This document shows positions 26,725 to 36,727 of a DNA stretch of 64,000 nt, piece by piece. The first letter of the stretch is position 1, and every line of letters starts with the position of its first letter. The stretch is from assembly GCA_963832055.1 (NCBI GenBank), contig CAWHST010000004.1, forward strand, positions 454,409 through 518,408. Reading direction: 5' to 3'. Source of the DNA: an uncultured Gemmatimonadales bacterium. GTDB taxonomy: Bacteria > Gemmatimonadota > Gemmatimonadetes > Gemmatimonadales > GWC2-71-9. The notes under the pieces were generated by a model that saw only the letters and a program-made list of their open reading frames with translations, was not told the DNA's origin and searched no databases. Made by a program: the position numbers and the translations under genes.

Positions 26725-26986
26725 TGACTCCAAACGGACGGGCCCTGCCGGCGTGCGGGCGGGTGGTGGACGGAATACGTGAGAGATGCCGGCGAGGTTG
26801 GCCTGGGTATATGTCGGCCCGATGGCGGAACGGCGTACTGTTGTGACGGGGAGTTGTCCGGCCGAATCCAAGAAGCGACTCAACTTAGAGTGCTCCGAAG
26901 GTCCAGTCAAGAGCCCGCTTGCAGAAGTCTCCGGGACTCACGATTATGGCTGACTCCTTGGCGGGTCAATCCGAGTCGGAGCGGAC

Positions 26987-27169
26987 ATGGTCGAATCAGA
27001 ACGTCTGGGCAAGCTCCGGCACGACCTTTCGAACCCCCTCTCGGCCCTTCTGGCCGAGATCCAGCTCCTCTTGCTCAACGAGTCCCAGTTCGACCCCGAG
27101 ACCCTGACCAGTCTCAAGGAGATCGAGGCACTGGCCATCCGGATGCGGGGCATGCTCCGGGACATGTGA
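26987..27169 (+). CDS. Stand-alone HisKA/DHp-like mini-protein (60 aa)
   Basis: MVESERLGKLRHDLSNPLSALLAEIQLLLLNESQFDPETLTSLKEIEALAIRMRGMLRDM has an H-box-like helix (LRHDLSNPLSAL) plus a second helix. No sensor or ATPase domain is present in any adjacent frame. It converges on the RDD gene (stop at 27171). Confidence 0.4.
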   Translation: MVESERLGKLRHDLSNPLSALLAEIQLLLLNESQFDPETLTSLKEIEALAIRMRGMLRDM

Positions 27170-27170
27170 C

Positions 27171-28925
27171 TCAGCCGGACCGCCGGACCCCGCCGTTCAG
27201 CAGGTAGGCGGCGAGAAAGGCCAGACTCCCGGCACTGGCGGCCGCCCGGAACGCCACGTCACCTCCGCCGACCGACACGAACCCCTCGATCAACCCCGAC
27301 ACCACCAGCAGCACCGCCGCCCCGCCCACCATCCTGACCGCGGTCCGCCCGCTCAGGACCAGGGCGTCTCCCCGACTCAGATCTCCCGGCGCCACCACCG
27401 TACGACCGAGCAGGAACCCCGCGGCCCCCGCCACCCAGATGGCGAACAGCTCGAGCAGGCCATGCCCGAGGATGAACTCGAGCAGGTAGCCCAGCAGTCC
27501 CCGGTTGGCGAAATGCCCCGCGGTGGCTCCGATGAGGAGGCCATTGAATCCGAGCAGCACCAGGGAGCCGACCCCCAGGAAGATGCCCCCGGCGAAACAG
27601 GCGATGGCCACCCGGACGTTGTTGGTGATGATTCCCGACGCCATCAGCGGGCGGTCCTCCACCGCCACGTCCACATAGCGCCTGCCCGCCGCCATGCGTT
27701 CCGCCCCGGCATCCGCGCGCTGGATCATGACCTCGGGGAGCATGTCGACGGCCAGATCCGGCTGCTCCCGCATGAGCAGGTAGCCGGCCCCGGCCGGCAG
27801 CAGGAACGCGAGACAGGCGAGGGCGATATAGGCTCGGGCCTGGCGGATGGCGGCAGGGCACTCCCGGATCAGCACCTCCCAAACCCGCCGCCAGGTGCCT
27901 CGCTCGTCCCGGTACAGCGCGTTGTGGCCGGCGGCCGCCAGCCGCTCCAGGTGCTCCAGGGTGGCGTCGTCCACCCCATAGGTCCGGGCGCGCGCCAGGT
28001 CGGCCGCGACCTCCCGGTAGCGGGCGGCGAAATCGGGCAGCTCGTGCGAGGCGAAGCTGTCGAGCCCTTTGCTGGCGGCGCGCTCGGCCAGCTCCTGGAA
28101 TTCGGCCCAGCGGGCCTGCTTGCGGGCCGCGAAAGACGCGGCGGCCGCGGAGCCCTTCAAGGCGACGGTGCCCTCCCGCCGGTCCCGCTCCCGGCGGTGC
28201 AGCTCCAGCAGGTGTTCCAGATCGCCGACGCCCGACGGCGCGGGGTGGTCCGCCAGCCGACGGGCGATCGCCGCCGCGAGCCGGAGCCTGGCCGGCTGGG
28301 CCAGCTGGGCTTGCCGGCCCTCGAACTGGGCCACCAGGCGGAACTCCGCGTCGGTCAGCTCCGGGATCAGAGAGAGCGGAGCCGTGGGCTGACTCCGGGG
28401 CTTGGTGGGGACGACCAGCTGGGAGGGACGGTCTCGTGCCACCACGGTGCCGGCGACCATATCCCCCAACCGCTTCCCCCGCGGGTGCAAGGCCACGAGC
28501 AGGGCGCCGGTCAGGTAGGGAGGAGGCAGGAAGTCGGCGACTCGCAAAAGGTTGCGTGCCGCCGCCGCGCTGAGGCTGACCGCGTTGCCGGTGTCGCTGA
28601 CCACCCGGATTCCGACCATCCGCTTGCCCGGCGTCTGCCCCTGGCGCAGCCCCTCGAACAGGATGAAGTAACCGGTCCAGGCGGCGAATCCCCCCAGCAT
28701 GAGAAGTGCGCCGCCGATCGAGCCGAGCGTCACTCCGAAACCGGCGACGATGCTCAGCACGATGAACACGCCAAGCATCGAGCCGACCAGCACCAGCATG
28801 TCGATGAGCGCCGCGAGCGCGCGGGAGCCGACCCCCGCGATCTCGAGGTCGAGCGTCACGTGCTCCGGCGTTTCGACCTGGAGCCGCTGGCGGTAGTCGG
28901 GTGGGGAGGGGCGCCGCTTCGTCAT
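27171..28925 (-). CDS. RDD-family membrane domain fused to stage II sporulation protein M-like (SpoIIM/DUF95) membrane domain
   Basis: N-terminal RDD pattern (...AGVGSRALAALIDMLVL...TPGKRMVGIRVV...RNLLRVAD...GKRLGDMVAGTVV). A helical linker follows. The C-terminal part has the multi-TM SpoIIM-like pattern (...IITNNVRVAIACFAGGIFLGVGSLVLLGFNGLLIG...GHGLLELFAIWVAGAAG...). The ORF is intact at 584 aa. Confidence 0.8.
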   Translation of the reverse strand: MTKRRPSPPDYRQRLQVETPEHVTLDLEIAGVGSRALAALIDMLVLVGSMLGVFIVLSIVAGFGVTLGSIGGALLMLGGFAAWTGYFILFEGLRQGQTPGKRMVGIRVVSDTGNAVSLSAAAARNLLRVADFLPPPYLTGALLVALHPRGKRLGDMVAGTVVARDRPSQLVVPTKPRSQPTAPLSLIPELTDAEFRLVAQFEGRQAQLAQPARLRLAAAIARRLADHPAPSGVGDLEHLLELHRRERDRREGTVALKGSAAAASFAARKQARWAEFQELAERAASKGLDSFASHELPDFAARYREVAADLARARTYGVDDATLEHLERLAAAGHNALYRDERGTWRRVWEVLIRECPAAIRQARAYIALACLAFLLPAGAGYLLMREQPDLAVDMLPEVMIQRADAGAERMAAGRRYVDVAVEDRPLMASGIITNNVRVAIACFAGGIFLGVGSLVLLGFNGLLIGATAGHFANRGLLGYLLEFILGHGLLELFAIWVAGAAGFLLGRTVVAPGDLSRGDALVLSGRTAVRMVGGAAVLLVVSGLIEGFVSVGGGDVAFRAAASAGSLAFLAAYLLNGGVRRSG

Positions 28926-29027
28926 GGGGCGATTCTAACCTCTCGCGGAAGGACTCGCATCTGTCGCACCGGCGAAGCATCTTACTCCTCAGTCATCCTG
29001 TCACTGTTCAAGCCGCCGGAGTTTTCA

Positions 29028-29795
29028 ATGGTGCCCACGACCCTGCGACCGCTATCGGTGGGTGAGATCCTCGATGTGTCGTTCACGCTCTACCGCCGCC
29101 ACTTCGCGACCCTGGGCACGGTCGCCGTACTCTGTTCCGGGCTGCCGGTACTGCTGAGCCTCTACATCGAGGCCTCGGGCGGGGTGCTTCAGAATCTGTC
29201 GCTCACGCTGGTGTACTACGTGGTGTTCACCGTTCTGAGCTCCATCGCGACCGCCGCGACCGTGTTCGTCGTCTCGGCGAGCTACCTGGGGCAGCCGCTC
29301 AAGGCCGCGGGTGCGCTCAAGCGGGCGACCCCGCTCCTCGGACGGCTCATTCTCTGCTCGTTGCTCCTCGCCATCGTGGTCGGTTTCGGATTCCTTTTCT
29401 TCATGGTCCCCGGCATCGTGCTCCTGTGCGGCCTGGTCCTCGCCTTTCCCTCGCTGGTGCTGGAGCCCGGCAGCTCCCCCACCGGAGCGCTGTCCCGCTC
29501 CTGGTCGCTCACCCGGGGGTCACGCTGGCGGATGCTGGGTCTCTTGGTGACACTGCTGGTCCTGCTCTACGTCCCGATCATCGCCCTCGGCGCGATCGCG
29601 ACGGTGGTGCTCCCGTCCGGCGGAGGCGCTGGAAGCTTCACCCCAGGCCTCCTGACGCTGGCGGTGGTGGGAGTGATGCAGATGCTGCTGTATCCCTTGC
29701 TCTATTGCGTCCTGACGGTGGCCTACTACGACCTCAGGGTTCGCAAGGAAGGCTTCGACCTGGAGGTGCTCGCCTCGACCCTCCAAACCGCCTGA
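29028..29795 (+). CDS. Polytopic membrane protein (GPDPase-membrane-domain-like / DUF-type commonly linked to DUF4129-MoxR clusters)
   Basis: [26 protein letters not shown]... is followed by ~6 hydrophobic segments and ends ...LTVAYYDLRVRKEGFDLEVL. This is the ATG-initiated tail of track ORF 27462..29795. Confidence 0.7.
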   Translation: MVPTTLRPLSVGEILDVSFTLYRRHFATLGTVAVLCSGLPVLLSLYIEASGGVLQNLSLTLVYYVVFTVLSSIATAATVFVVSASYLGQPLKAAGALKRATPLLGRLILCSLLLAIVVGFGFLFFMVPGIVLLCGLVLAFPSLVLEPGSSPTGALSRSWSLTRGSRWRMLGLLVTLLVLLYVPIIALGAIATVVLPSGGGAGSFTPGLLTLAVVGVMQMLLYPLLYCVLTVAYYDLRVRKEGFDLEVLASTLQTA

Positions 29796-29800
29796 ACGCC

Positions 29801-30421
29801 GTGCTGCCGCAGGGACAGGCCGGCCCCGAGCTTTACCGGGCGGTGCTCGATTCCGTCTTCGCGACCAAACCCTACCAGTGGGCCCCGCAGTCGGCGGTGC
29901 TTCGCCTCATCTCCGAATGGTGGGACTGGCTGATCCGCTATCTCGACGGGCTCCGGGCCCAAAACCCCCTGCTGTTTCGCATCTTCCTCGTCGCGGTCCT
30001 GCTCGCCTGGGTAGCCATCTTCGTCCACGCCGCGTGGCTGGTCTGGCTCACGGTCCGCGGCGCAGCCCGGGCCGAACGGACGGTCGCGCTTCCCGTCGCG
30101 GGTGAGCGTCACGACGCCGAGTGGTATACCCGCGCCGCCGATCGGGCGGCCGCCGAGGGCCGCTTCGCGGAGGCCCTCCAGCTCGCGTTCGTCGCGCTTG
30201 CCCTGACGCTGGAGGGTCAGGGACTGCTGCAATACCACCCCAGCAAGACCCCGGCGGAGTGCGCCCGCGAGGCCCGGCTCGCGGGCTCGGACCGGGAGCG
30301 GCTGAGGGACCTGGTCAGGAGCCTCTACTCCTACGCGTTCGGCGGACGATCGATCGCCGCGGACGACTACCGGCGCTGGCGGGAGAGCGGGGCGGGACCC
30401 TGGCATGCGCCCGCGCACTGA
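29801..30421 (+). CDS. DUF4129-like protein (N-terminal TM + helical domain)
   Basis: GTG start 6 nt after the upstream stop. TM segment LLFRIFLVAVLLAWVAIFVHAAWLVWL, then ...EWYTRAADRAAAEGRFAEALQLAFVALA...HPSKTPAECAREA...LYSYAFGGR, which is typical of DUF4129. Confidence 0.7.
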   Translation: MLPQGQAGPELYRAVLDSVFATKPYQWAPQSAVLRLISEWWDWLIRYLDGLRAQNPLLFRIFLVAVLLAWVAIFVHAAWLVWLTVRGAARAERTVALPVAGERHDAEWYTRAADRAAAEGRFAEALQLAFVALALTLEGQGLLQYHPSKTPAECAREARLAGSDRERLRDLVRSLYSYAFGGRSIAADDYRRWRESGAGPWHAPAH

Positions 30422-31615
30422 GCTGAGCCTCGCGGCCGGTCTCCTGTTCCTGCTCGGCGTGGTCGTCGTCGCGGTGGGCAGCAGCCGGGCACAGCCCCCG
30501 GCGCGCGAATCGTCCCGCTCCACCTACCTCACCGGCCCCGGCGGCGCGAGTGCGTTCGCCGAGGCCGCTTCTCGACTCGGGGTCGCGGTCGAGCGCTTCC
30601 GGCGGCCGATGGTGGCCCTCAAGGTGACGGACACGGGCCGGCGCGGACGAGGTCGTTGCCGTCATCGGGCCCGCGACCGCGCTCAGCCCGGCCGAGTCGA
30701 AGCATCTCCTCGATCTGCCGGTGGATCTCCTGCTGGCCGGCACCAACTCAGGCCAGCGCGATCCGCTGCCTCGGCTATCATGTGTCGGTGCGAAAGCGGA
30801 CCGATCCGGCGGCGACCAGGGCTCCGGCCGGCGCAGAACGCCTTCCGTCTCCCAGGGTCTGGGCCGTGCTGACACCACACATGGCCCGGCAAATCGTGGA
30901 CTCGTCGGGAGACGACGGACGCAAGGTGAGCTGTGACGTGCCGGTGCCGGTCCGGGTGGACACCCTGCTTCAGACCCTGACCGACCGGCCGGTGGTGGTG
31001 CGGCTCACCTACTCCGACCGGCGGGTCGTGACGGTCATGGCCGAGGACCGGCTCTTCCGGAACCGGACGATGCGCAGGACCTCGGCCGGCGAGCTGGTGC
31101 TCGGGCTGGTGACGCCGCGCTACCGCCGCGTGGTGGTGGACGAGTTCCACCACGGATACCAGGTCGCCGGCTCGCTCACCGGAGCCGCATTCGGCTGGAG
31201 CACCCGCTCGCCCTGGGGATGGATCGTGTGGCAGCTCGCCGCCGTGGGTCTGGTGGCGCTGCTCGCCTCGGGGGTCAGGTTCGGGCCGGTGCGGAGCGCG
31301 ATCCAGCGCCGGCGCCGCTCGCCGATGGAACACGTGCGCGCGCTGGCGACCGCGCTCGCCGCCGCGCGGGGACACGACGTGGCGGTGCGTCTGATGATCC
31401 AGGGTCTCCGGCGGCGGCTTTCGCTGGGCGGCCGCCCGCCGCCCGCCGATCTCGGCAGGTGGCTCGAAGGCCTCGGGCCTTCGGTCCGGACCGCGCGTGG
31501 GCGGGAGGCCCTGGACTCGCTCACCGCCGTGACCCGCCGCCCGCCGGACGCGGATAGCGTTCTGCAGGCCGCCAATGCCGTGGAGAACCTGTGGGAGGAG
31601 CTGAAGCCGACATGA
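30405..31615 (+). CDS. DUF4350-like protein; needs ~2 frame corrections (~30640, ~30755)
   Basis: N-terminus MRPRTELSLAAGLLFLLGVVVVAVGSS...STYLTGPGGASAFAEAASRLG (ORF 30405..30872). Then DEVVAVIGPATALSPAESKHLLDLPVDLLLAG in the frame of ORF 30721. Then ...VVVDEFHHGY...TM...MEHVRALATALA (ORF 30656..31615). The stop forms an ATGA overlap with the MoxR start. Confidence 0.6.
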
Positions 31616-32596
31616 CCACCGCAATGGCGCCGCTCGGCGCCGAGGAAGCCTTGCGCGGGGCAGGAGAGGCCCGGGCGATCGTGGAACAGCTCGGCCGCGT
31701 TGTACTGGGGCAAGAGGCGGCGGTGCGCGACGCGGTGGCGGCGCTCATCGCCCGGGGGCACGTGCTGCTGGAGGGAGTGCCGGGCACCGCGAAGACGCTC
31801 CTGGTCCGGGCGCTGGGCCAGATCCTCAGCCTGGAGTTCCGGCGGATCCAGTTCACGCCGGACCTCATGCCTTCGGACCTCACAGGGGTCAACCTGTTGG
31901 CCGGTCCGGGAACCTTCACTTTCCGCCAGGGACCCATCTTCGGCGATCTGGTGCTGGGCGACGAGATCAACCGGGCCCCGGCGAAGACGCAGGCCGCATT
32001 GCTGGAGGCGATGCAGGAGCGGCGGGTCACGGTGGACGGCGTGTCCCACCCGCTGCCGGAGAGCTTCACGGTCTTCGCCACCCAGAATCCGATCGAGTTC
32101 GAGGGCACCTACCCGCTGCCCGAGGCCGAGCTGGACCGGTTCCTCGTGAAGGTGATCGTGGGCTATCCCGACGAGCCGGTGGAGCAGGGGATCCTTCACC
32201 GGGTGCTGAACGGGTTCGAGGCCGACACGCCGGCGAGCTACGGGGTGGATCGGGTGGCGGACACCGCGGGACTGGCGCGGCTGAGGAACGCGTGCCGGCG
32301 GGTGCGAGTCGAGCCCACCGCTGGTGGCGTACATCGCGGCGATCGTCCGGGCGACCCGGACCGCCCCGGTCCTCACGCTCGGCGCGTCGCCCCGGGCCAG
32401 CGTCGCGCTGCTGAAGATGTCCCAGGCCTCGGCGCTGCTGGAGGGACGGTCCTTCGTCGTGCCGGACGACGTGAAGACGCTGGCGCCTGCCGTGTTGCGG
32501 CATCGGGTCACGGTGGCGCCCGAGCTGGAGCTCGAAGGCGTGTCGCCCGACGCGGCGCTTCGCGGCATCATCGAGAAGATCGAGGCGCCCCGGTGA
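31612..32596 (+). CDS. MoxR-family AAA+ ATPase; frameshift near ~32315
   Basis: ...VVLGQEAAVRDAVAALIARGHVLLEGVPGTAKTLLVRALG...IQFTPDLMPSDLTG...GPIFGDLVLGDEINRAPAKTQAALLEAMQERRVTVDG...FTVFATQNPIEFEGTYPLPEAELDRF. The C-terminus lies in ORF 32324..32596 (...LGASPRASVALLK...VVPDDVK...VLRHR). Confidence 0.9.
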
Positions 32597-33913
32597 GGCT
32601 GATTCCCTCGCGACGGTGGCTGTTGGGGGCGGCGGCGCTCGCGCTGATCGCGCCCGCCGGGCTGTGGTGGCCCGGCGCCCTGACGCTCCTGCTCGTGCCT
32701 GGACGTCGTCTGGATAGTGGCCGGTGCCGCGGACGCCCTTGCCGCTCCCGGTGCCCGGGCGGTCGCCGTGCGCCGCGAGGCGCCGGTCGCCTTCTCCCTC
32801 GGTCGCCGGTTCATCATCCGCTACCGCTGGCGCCACGCCGGTCGGCGGCGGCTCCGGGTCGAAGTGAAGGAGCACCTGCCCGAGCCGCTCGGCGGCGCGG
32901 TCTCGCCGCTTCGCCGGCTGGAGCTGCCGGCCCATCTGACCGTCGAGGAGCAGCTCGAGCTCGAGCCGGTGAGGCGGGGCATCGGGACCGGCGGGACCAT
33001 CGATCTGCGGATCCTGGGCCCGCTCGGCCTGGGCTGGCGACAGAGCCGGATCGAGGCGCCGTGGACCGCGACGGTCTATCCCAGCCTGCGCGGCGCGTGG
33101 CTGCGGGCCCTGCCCATCCAGGCGATCCGGCGGCGGGAGGCCGGACTCCGCAGCGTGCGGCACCGGGGCGAAGGGCAGCTCTTCGAGGGCCTCCGCGAGT
33201 GGGTGCCGGGCGACGACACCCGGACCATCGATTGGAAGGCAACCGCCCGCCGGGGCAAGCCGATCGCGCGGCAGTACGAGGACGAGCGGCGGCAGCAGGT
33301 GATGTTGGTGGTGGACGCCGGACGCCTGCTCACCGCGGAGGTGGAAGGCGTGCCGCGGCTGGAATCGGTGATTTCAGCGGCGCTGCACCTGGCCCATGCC
33401 GCCGTGGAGCACGACGACAACGTCGGACTGCTGGTCTTCGCCGACACCATCCAGCGCTACCTGCCGCCCGCCCGCGGGCGCCGCGCGCTCCGCGCCGTGG
33501 TGGAGGGACTCGCCGCGGCCGAGGGCCGGCTGGTCGAATCCGACTATCCCGCGGCGTTCCGCTACCTGGCCGCGCGAAGCCGGAAGCGCGCGCTCACCGT
33601 GCTCTTCACCGACGTGATCGACCGGACCGCGAGCGAGGCGCTGGTGGCGCAGACGGCGACCCTGCGCCCGCGCCATCTTCCGCTGGCCGTCACCCTGCGC
33701 GACCCGGCGATGGAGGCGCTCGCCTCGGCCCGACCGGCCGGGCCGGCCGACGCGTTCGAGCGGGCCGCGGCGGAGGAGCTGCTCGGCGCCCGTGAGGCCG
33801 CCCTCGGCGAGATGCGCTCGCGCGGCGTCATGGTGCTCGATGTGCTCCCGGCCGGCGCCAGCTCGGCGCTGGTGGAGCGATATCATCTGTTGAAGCGAAA
33901 GGGAATGCTCTAG
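32593..33913 (+). CDS. DUF58 protein (vWA-like, MoxR partner); frameshift near ~32700
   Basis: GTGA overlap with the MoxR stop. N-terminal TM region (VRLIPSRRWLLGAAALALIAPAGLWWPGALTLLLV...), then ORF 32717..33913 with G(E)GQLFEGLREWVPGDDTRTIDWKATARRGKPIARQYEDERRQQVMLVVDAGR. Confidence 0.85.
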
Positions 33914-33938
33914 GGGCAGGCCGGAATCACCGCATCGG

Positions 33939-34999
33939 TCACACGTATATCTCCACCGCCCTCTCGCTCGGGTAGGCCTCCACGAACGCCTCGACCGCTT
34001 CGGGATCGAGCTGAGACCCCGCCACCCGTCGCAGCTCGGCCAGGGCATCCGCGGGAGAACGCGACTCGCGGTACGGGCGCCGGGTGGTCATCGCGTCGAA
34101 GGCGTCCGCCACGGCCACGATGCGGGCCTCGATCGGGATCTTCTCGCCGCGGAGACCGTCGGGAAAGCCCGCGCCCGTCCAGCCGCTCGTGGTGTGAGCG
34201 CACGATGCGCAGGACGTCCGGCGATTCCTGCGCCAGGGGTGACAGCATCCGCTCGCCGAGCAGCGGGTGCTCGGTGATCTGGCGGAATTCCTCGGCGGTG
34301 AGCGATCCCGGGCTTGTGCAGCACGGCCTCACGGGTCCCGATCTTGCCGATGTCGTGCAGCTCGCCGCCCAGGCGGATCCCGTCGAGCGAGACGCCCGCG
34401 AACCCCATGCGCGACGCCATCGCCACGGCGTACTGGCTCACCCGGATCGAGTGCCCCCGGGTGTAGGCATCCTTGGCCTCGAGCGCTCTCGCGAGCATCT
34501 GCACGCCCTGGAGGAACAGCTCCTGGATCCGGGTCGCCTGCTCGTGCACCTGGCGCTCGAGATGCTCCTGGTAGAAGCGATTCTGCAGGACCAGGGCGCG
34601 CTTCTCGAGCGCGCGGGTGACGCGCGCCTGAAACTCGCTCATCGAGATCGGCTTGAGCAGGAAGTCGGCGGCGCCGCGGTGCAGGCAGTCCACGGCGGTG
34701 CTGGTGTCGTTCATCCCCGTCAGCATGATCACCGAGGTGTCGGGATACTGGTCCCGCACCACCTCCAGGAAGGTGATCCCGTCCATCTCGGGCATCCGCA
34801 TGTCCGAGACGATGAGGGGAGGGGCGTCGATGCGGTCGAGGACGCGGAGCGCCTCTCGTCCGGAGGCCGCCTCGAAGCACTGGAAGCCCTGGGCCTGGAG
34901 CATCCGGATGAGGAATTTCCTCACCCCGGGCTCGTCGTCCACAACGAGGCATGTGGCGGAGCCGGCCACGACCGGCTGCGCGAGCTGGCTTGTCGGCAT
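33939..34999 (-). CDS. Response regulator with HD-GYP domain (RpfG-like c-di-GMP phosphodiesterase); two frameshifts (~34310, ~34175)
   Basis: REC (CLVVDDEPGVRKF...LIVSDMRMPEMDGITF...MLTG...DFLLKP). HD-GYP: ...EAKDAYTRGHSIRVSQYA...GGELHDIGKIG...HPLLGERML...HHERLDG then, after correction, GAGFPDGLRGEKIPIEARIVAVADAFDAMTTRRPYR...VEIYV*, with the stop at 33939-33941. Confidence 0.85.
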
Positions 35000-35191
35000 G
35001 GTTCACAGTGTACTTGAGGTGGGCGATGGATGCCACGAACATCCAATCGCTTACACTGTAAGCAATCGCTCACGAAATGTCCACTGCCGGCCGATCCGGC
35101 CGGTCCGGAGGGGGCAAATTTGCGGTCCCGGGCCGGGCAGGCATCTTGTATGGTCGTGCCCCGAGCCATACCGATCCCGGATACCGCGCGG

Positions 35192-36349
35192 ATGTCACTC
35201 GAGTCCTTTGAAGCCCGCGTCCCGCAGGCACTGCTCGACGACCTGGGCGAGCGCCTGCGGCGCACCCGTTGGCCCGACCCACCTCCGGGGCCGCGAGGTG
35301 TGACCGGCATCGTCCAGGACGACCTGCGCGATCTGATCGAGTTCTGGCGGGACGGCTTCGACTGGCGCGCCGCGGAGGGACGGCTCAACCGGTACTCCCA
35401 GTTCCGGGCGAAGCTGGGCGGAGGGTGGGTCCACTTCATCCATGAGCGCGGACGAGGACCGCGGCCGCTGCCCCTGGTCATCACGCATGGGTGGCCGGGC
35501 TCGGTGTTCGAGATGCTGGACCTGATTCCCCGCCTCATCGACCCCGAGCGCTTCGGCGGCGGGGCCGAGGACTCGTTCGACGTGGTGGTGCCATCGTTGC
35601 CCGGATACGGCTTCTCCGATCCTCCCGCGGCTCCCGGGATGCATCCCGGAAGAATCGCGGAGTTGTGGCTGGACCTGATGGACCAGCTGGGCTACGATCG
35701 CTTCGGCGCGCAGGGCGGCGATTGGGGCGCGAGCGTAGCGACTCGCCTGGCGCTCCGCGAGCCGGGCCGACTGGCCGGCATCCATCTCAACTATCTGCCC
35801 GGTTCGTACCGACCTCCGCTGGGGCCGGGGACCCGACCGCTCTCCGGTCCGGAGACCGACTTTCTCGCCGCCTGCGACCGATGGGGCGAGGCGGAGGGCG
35901 CCTACGCCCACGTGCAGCGCACGGCTCCCGACACCCTCGCCGTGGCGTTAGCCGACTCGCCGGCCGGACTGGCGGCCTGGATGGCGGAGAAACTGTGGAG
36001 CTGGAGCGATCACACGGCGGAGGGGAAGAGCACACTGCCGCCGGATGAGGTGCTGGCGAACGTGGCGCTCTACTGGCTGACCGGGACCATCGGCTCGTCC
36101 ATGCGGCTATACCACGAGGCGAGCCGGCACCCGCTCCGCCTCGCGGTGGGCGAGCGGATACTGGTCCCGACCGGCCTGGCCCTCTTTCCCGCGGAGACCC
36201 CCGCGAACCCGCCCCGCGAATGGGTCGAGCGGGGCTACGAGGTCACCCGATGGACCACGATGCCCCGCGGCGGTCATTTCGCCGCGTGGGAGGAGCCCGA
36301 TCTGCTGGCCGCGGACGTCAGGGAGTTCTTCCGGCCGCTCCGTGGGTAG
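35192..36349 (+). CDS. Epoxide hydrolase (alpha/beta hydrolase with N-terminal EHN domain)
   Basis: MSLESFEARVPQALLDDLGERLRRTRWPD...RLNRYSQFRAKLGGGWVHFIHERG...PLPLVITHGWPGSVFE...FDVVVPSLPGYGFS...GAQGGDWGA...GGHFAAWEEP. Confidence 0.88.
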   Translation: MSLESFEARVPQALLDDLGERLRRTRWPDPPPGPRGVTGIVQDDLRDLIEFWRDGFDWRAAEGRLNRYSQFRAKLGGGWVHFIHERGRGPRPLPLVITHGWPGSVFEMLDLIPRLIDPERFGGGAEDSFDVVVPSLPGYGFSDPPAAPGMHPGRIAELWLDLMDQLGYDRFGAQGGDWGASVATRLALREPGRLAGIHLNYLPGSYRPPLGPGTRPLSGPETDFLAACDRWGEAEGAYAHVQRTAPDTLAVALADSPAGLAAWMAEKLWSWSDHTAEGKSTLPPDEVLANVALYWLTGTIGSSMRLYHEASRHPLRLAVGERILVPTGLALFPAETPANPPREWVERGYEVTRWTTMPRGGHFAAWEEPDLLAADVREFFRPLRG

Positions 36350-36478
36350 CAGCGGCCCCCGACAGTGCGGAGGCCGGTCGCCGGATTATGTGGAATCGCG
36401 GCGATTTTGTTAAATTGGGGCGACTCTCGCGGGCCATTGGAAACTTGGTTGGCCGGCGCCCGCCGGCGAGGAGAGACG

Positions 36479-36727
36479 ATGCCAGGTGTGCAGGCGCGCC
36501 TGCGGGCGGAACACCAGCGGAAGTACCCCGAGCTCAACCCGTCCAAATGGTACGAGGTGGCGCCGATCTTCCCCGGGGTCACCCAGCGCATGGTCAACAT
36601 GGCGGGCGAGCGCCTGACCCGGCTCAGCACCTCTCGCGGATTCGTGATCCTTCGCGCCGAACATCTGGAGTTCCGCCCGGCGCGGGATGAGGCCGCCACC
36701 GAGCCGGACACCGAGGCCATCGCCTAG
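36479..36727 (+). CDS. Hypothetical small protein (82 aa)
   Basis: The ATG is preceded by GGCGAGGAGAG. MPGVQARLRAEHQRKYPELNPSKWYEVAPIFPGVTQRMVNMAGERL... No family recognised. Its stop overlaps the convergent kinase stop at a CTAG. Confidence 0.4.
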   Translation: MPGVQARLRAEHQRKYPELNPSKWYEVAPIFPGVTQRMVNMAGERLTRLSTSRGFVILRAEHLEFRPARDEAATEPDTEAIA

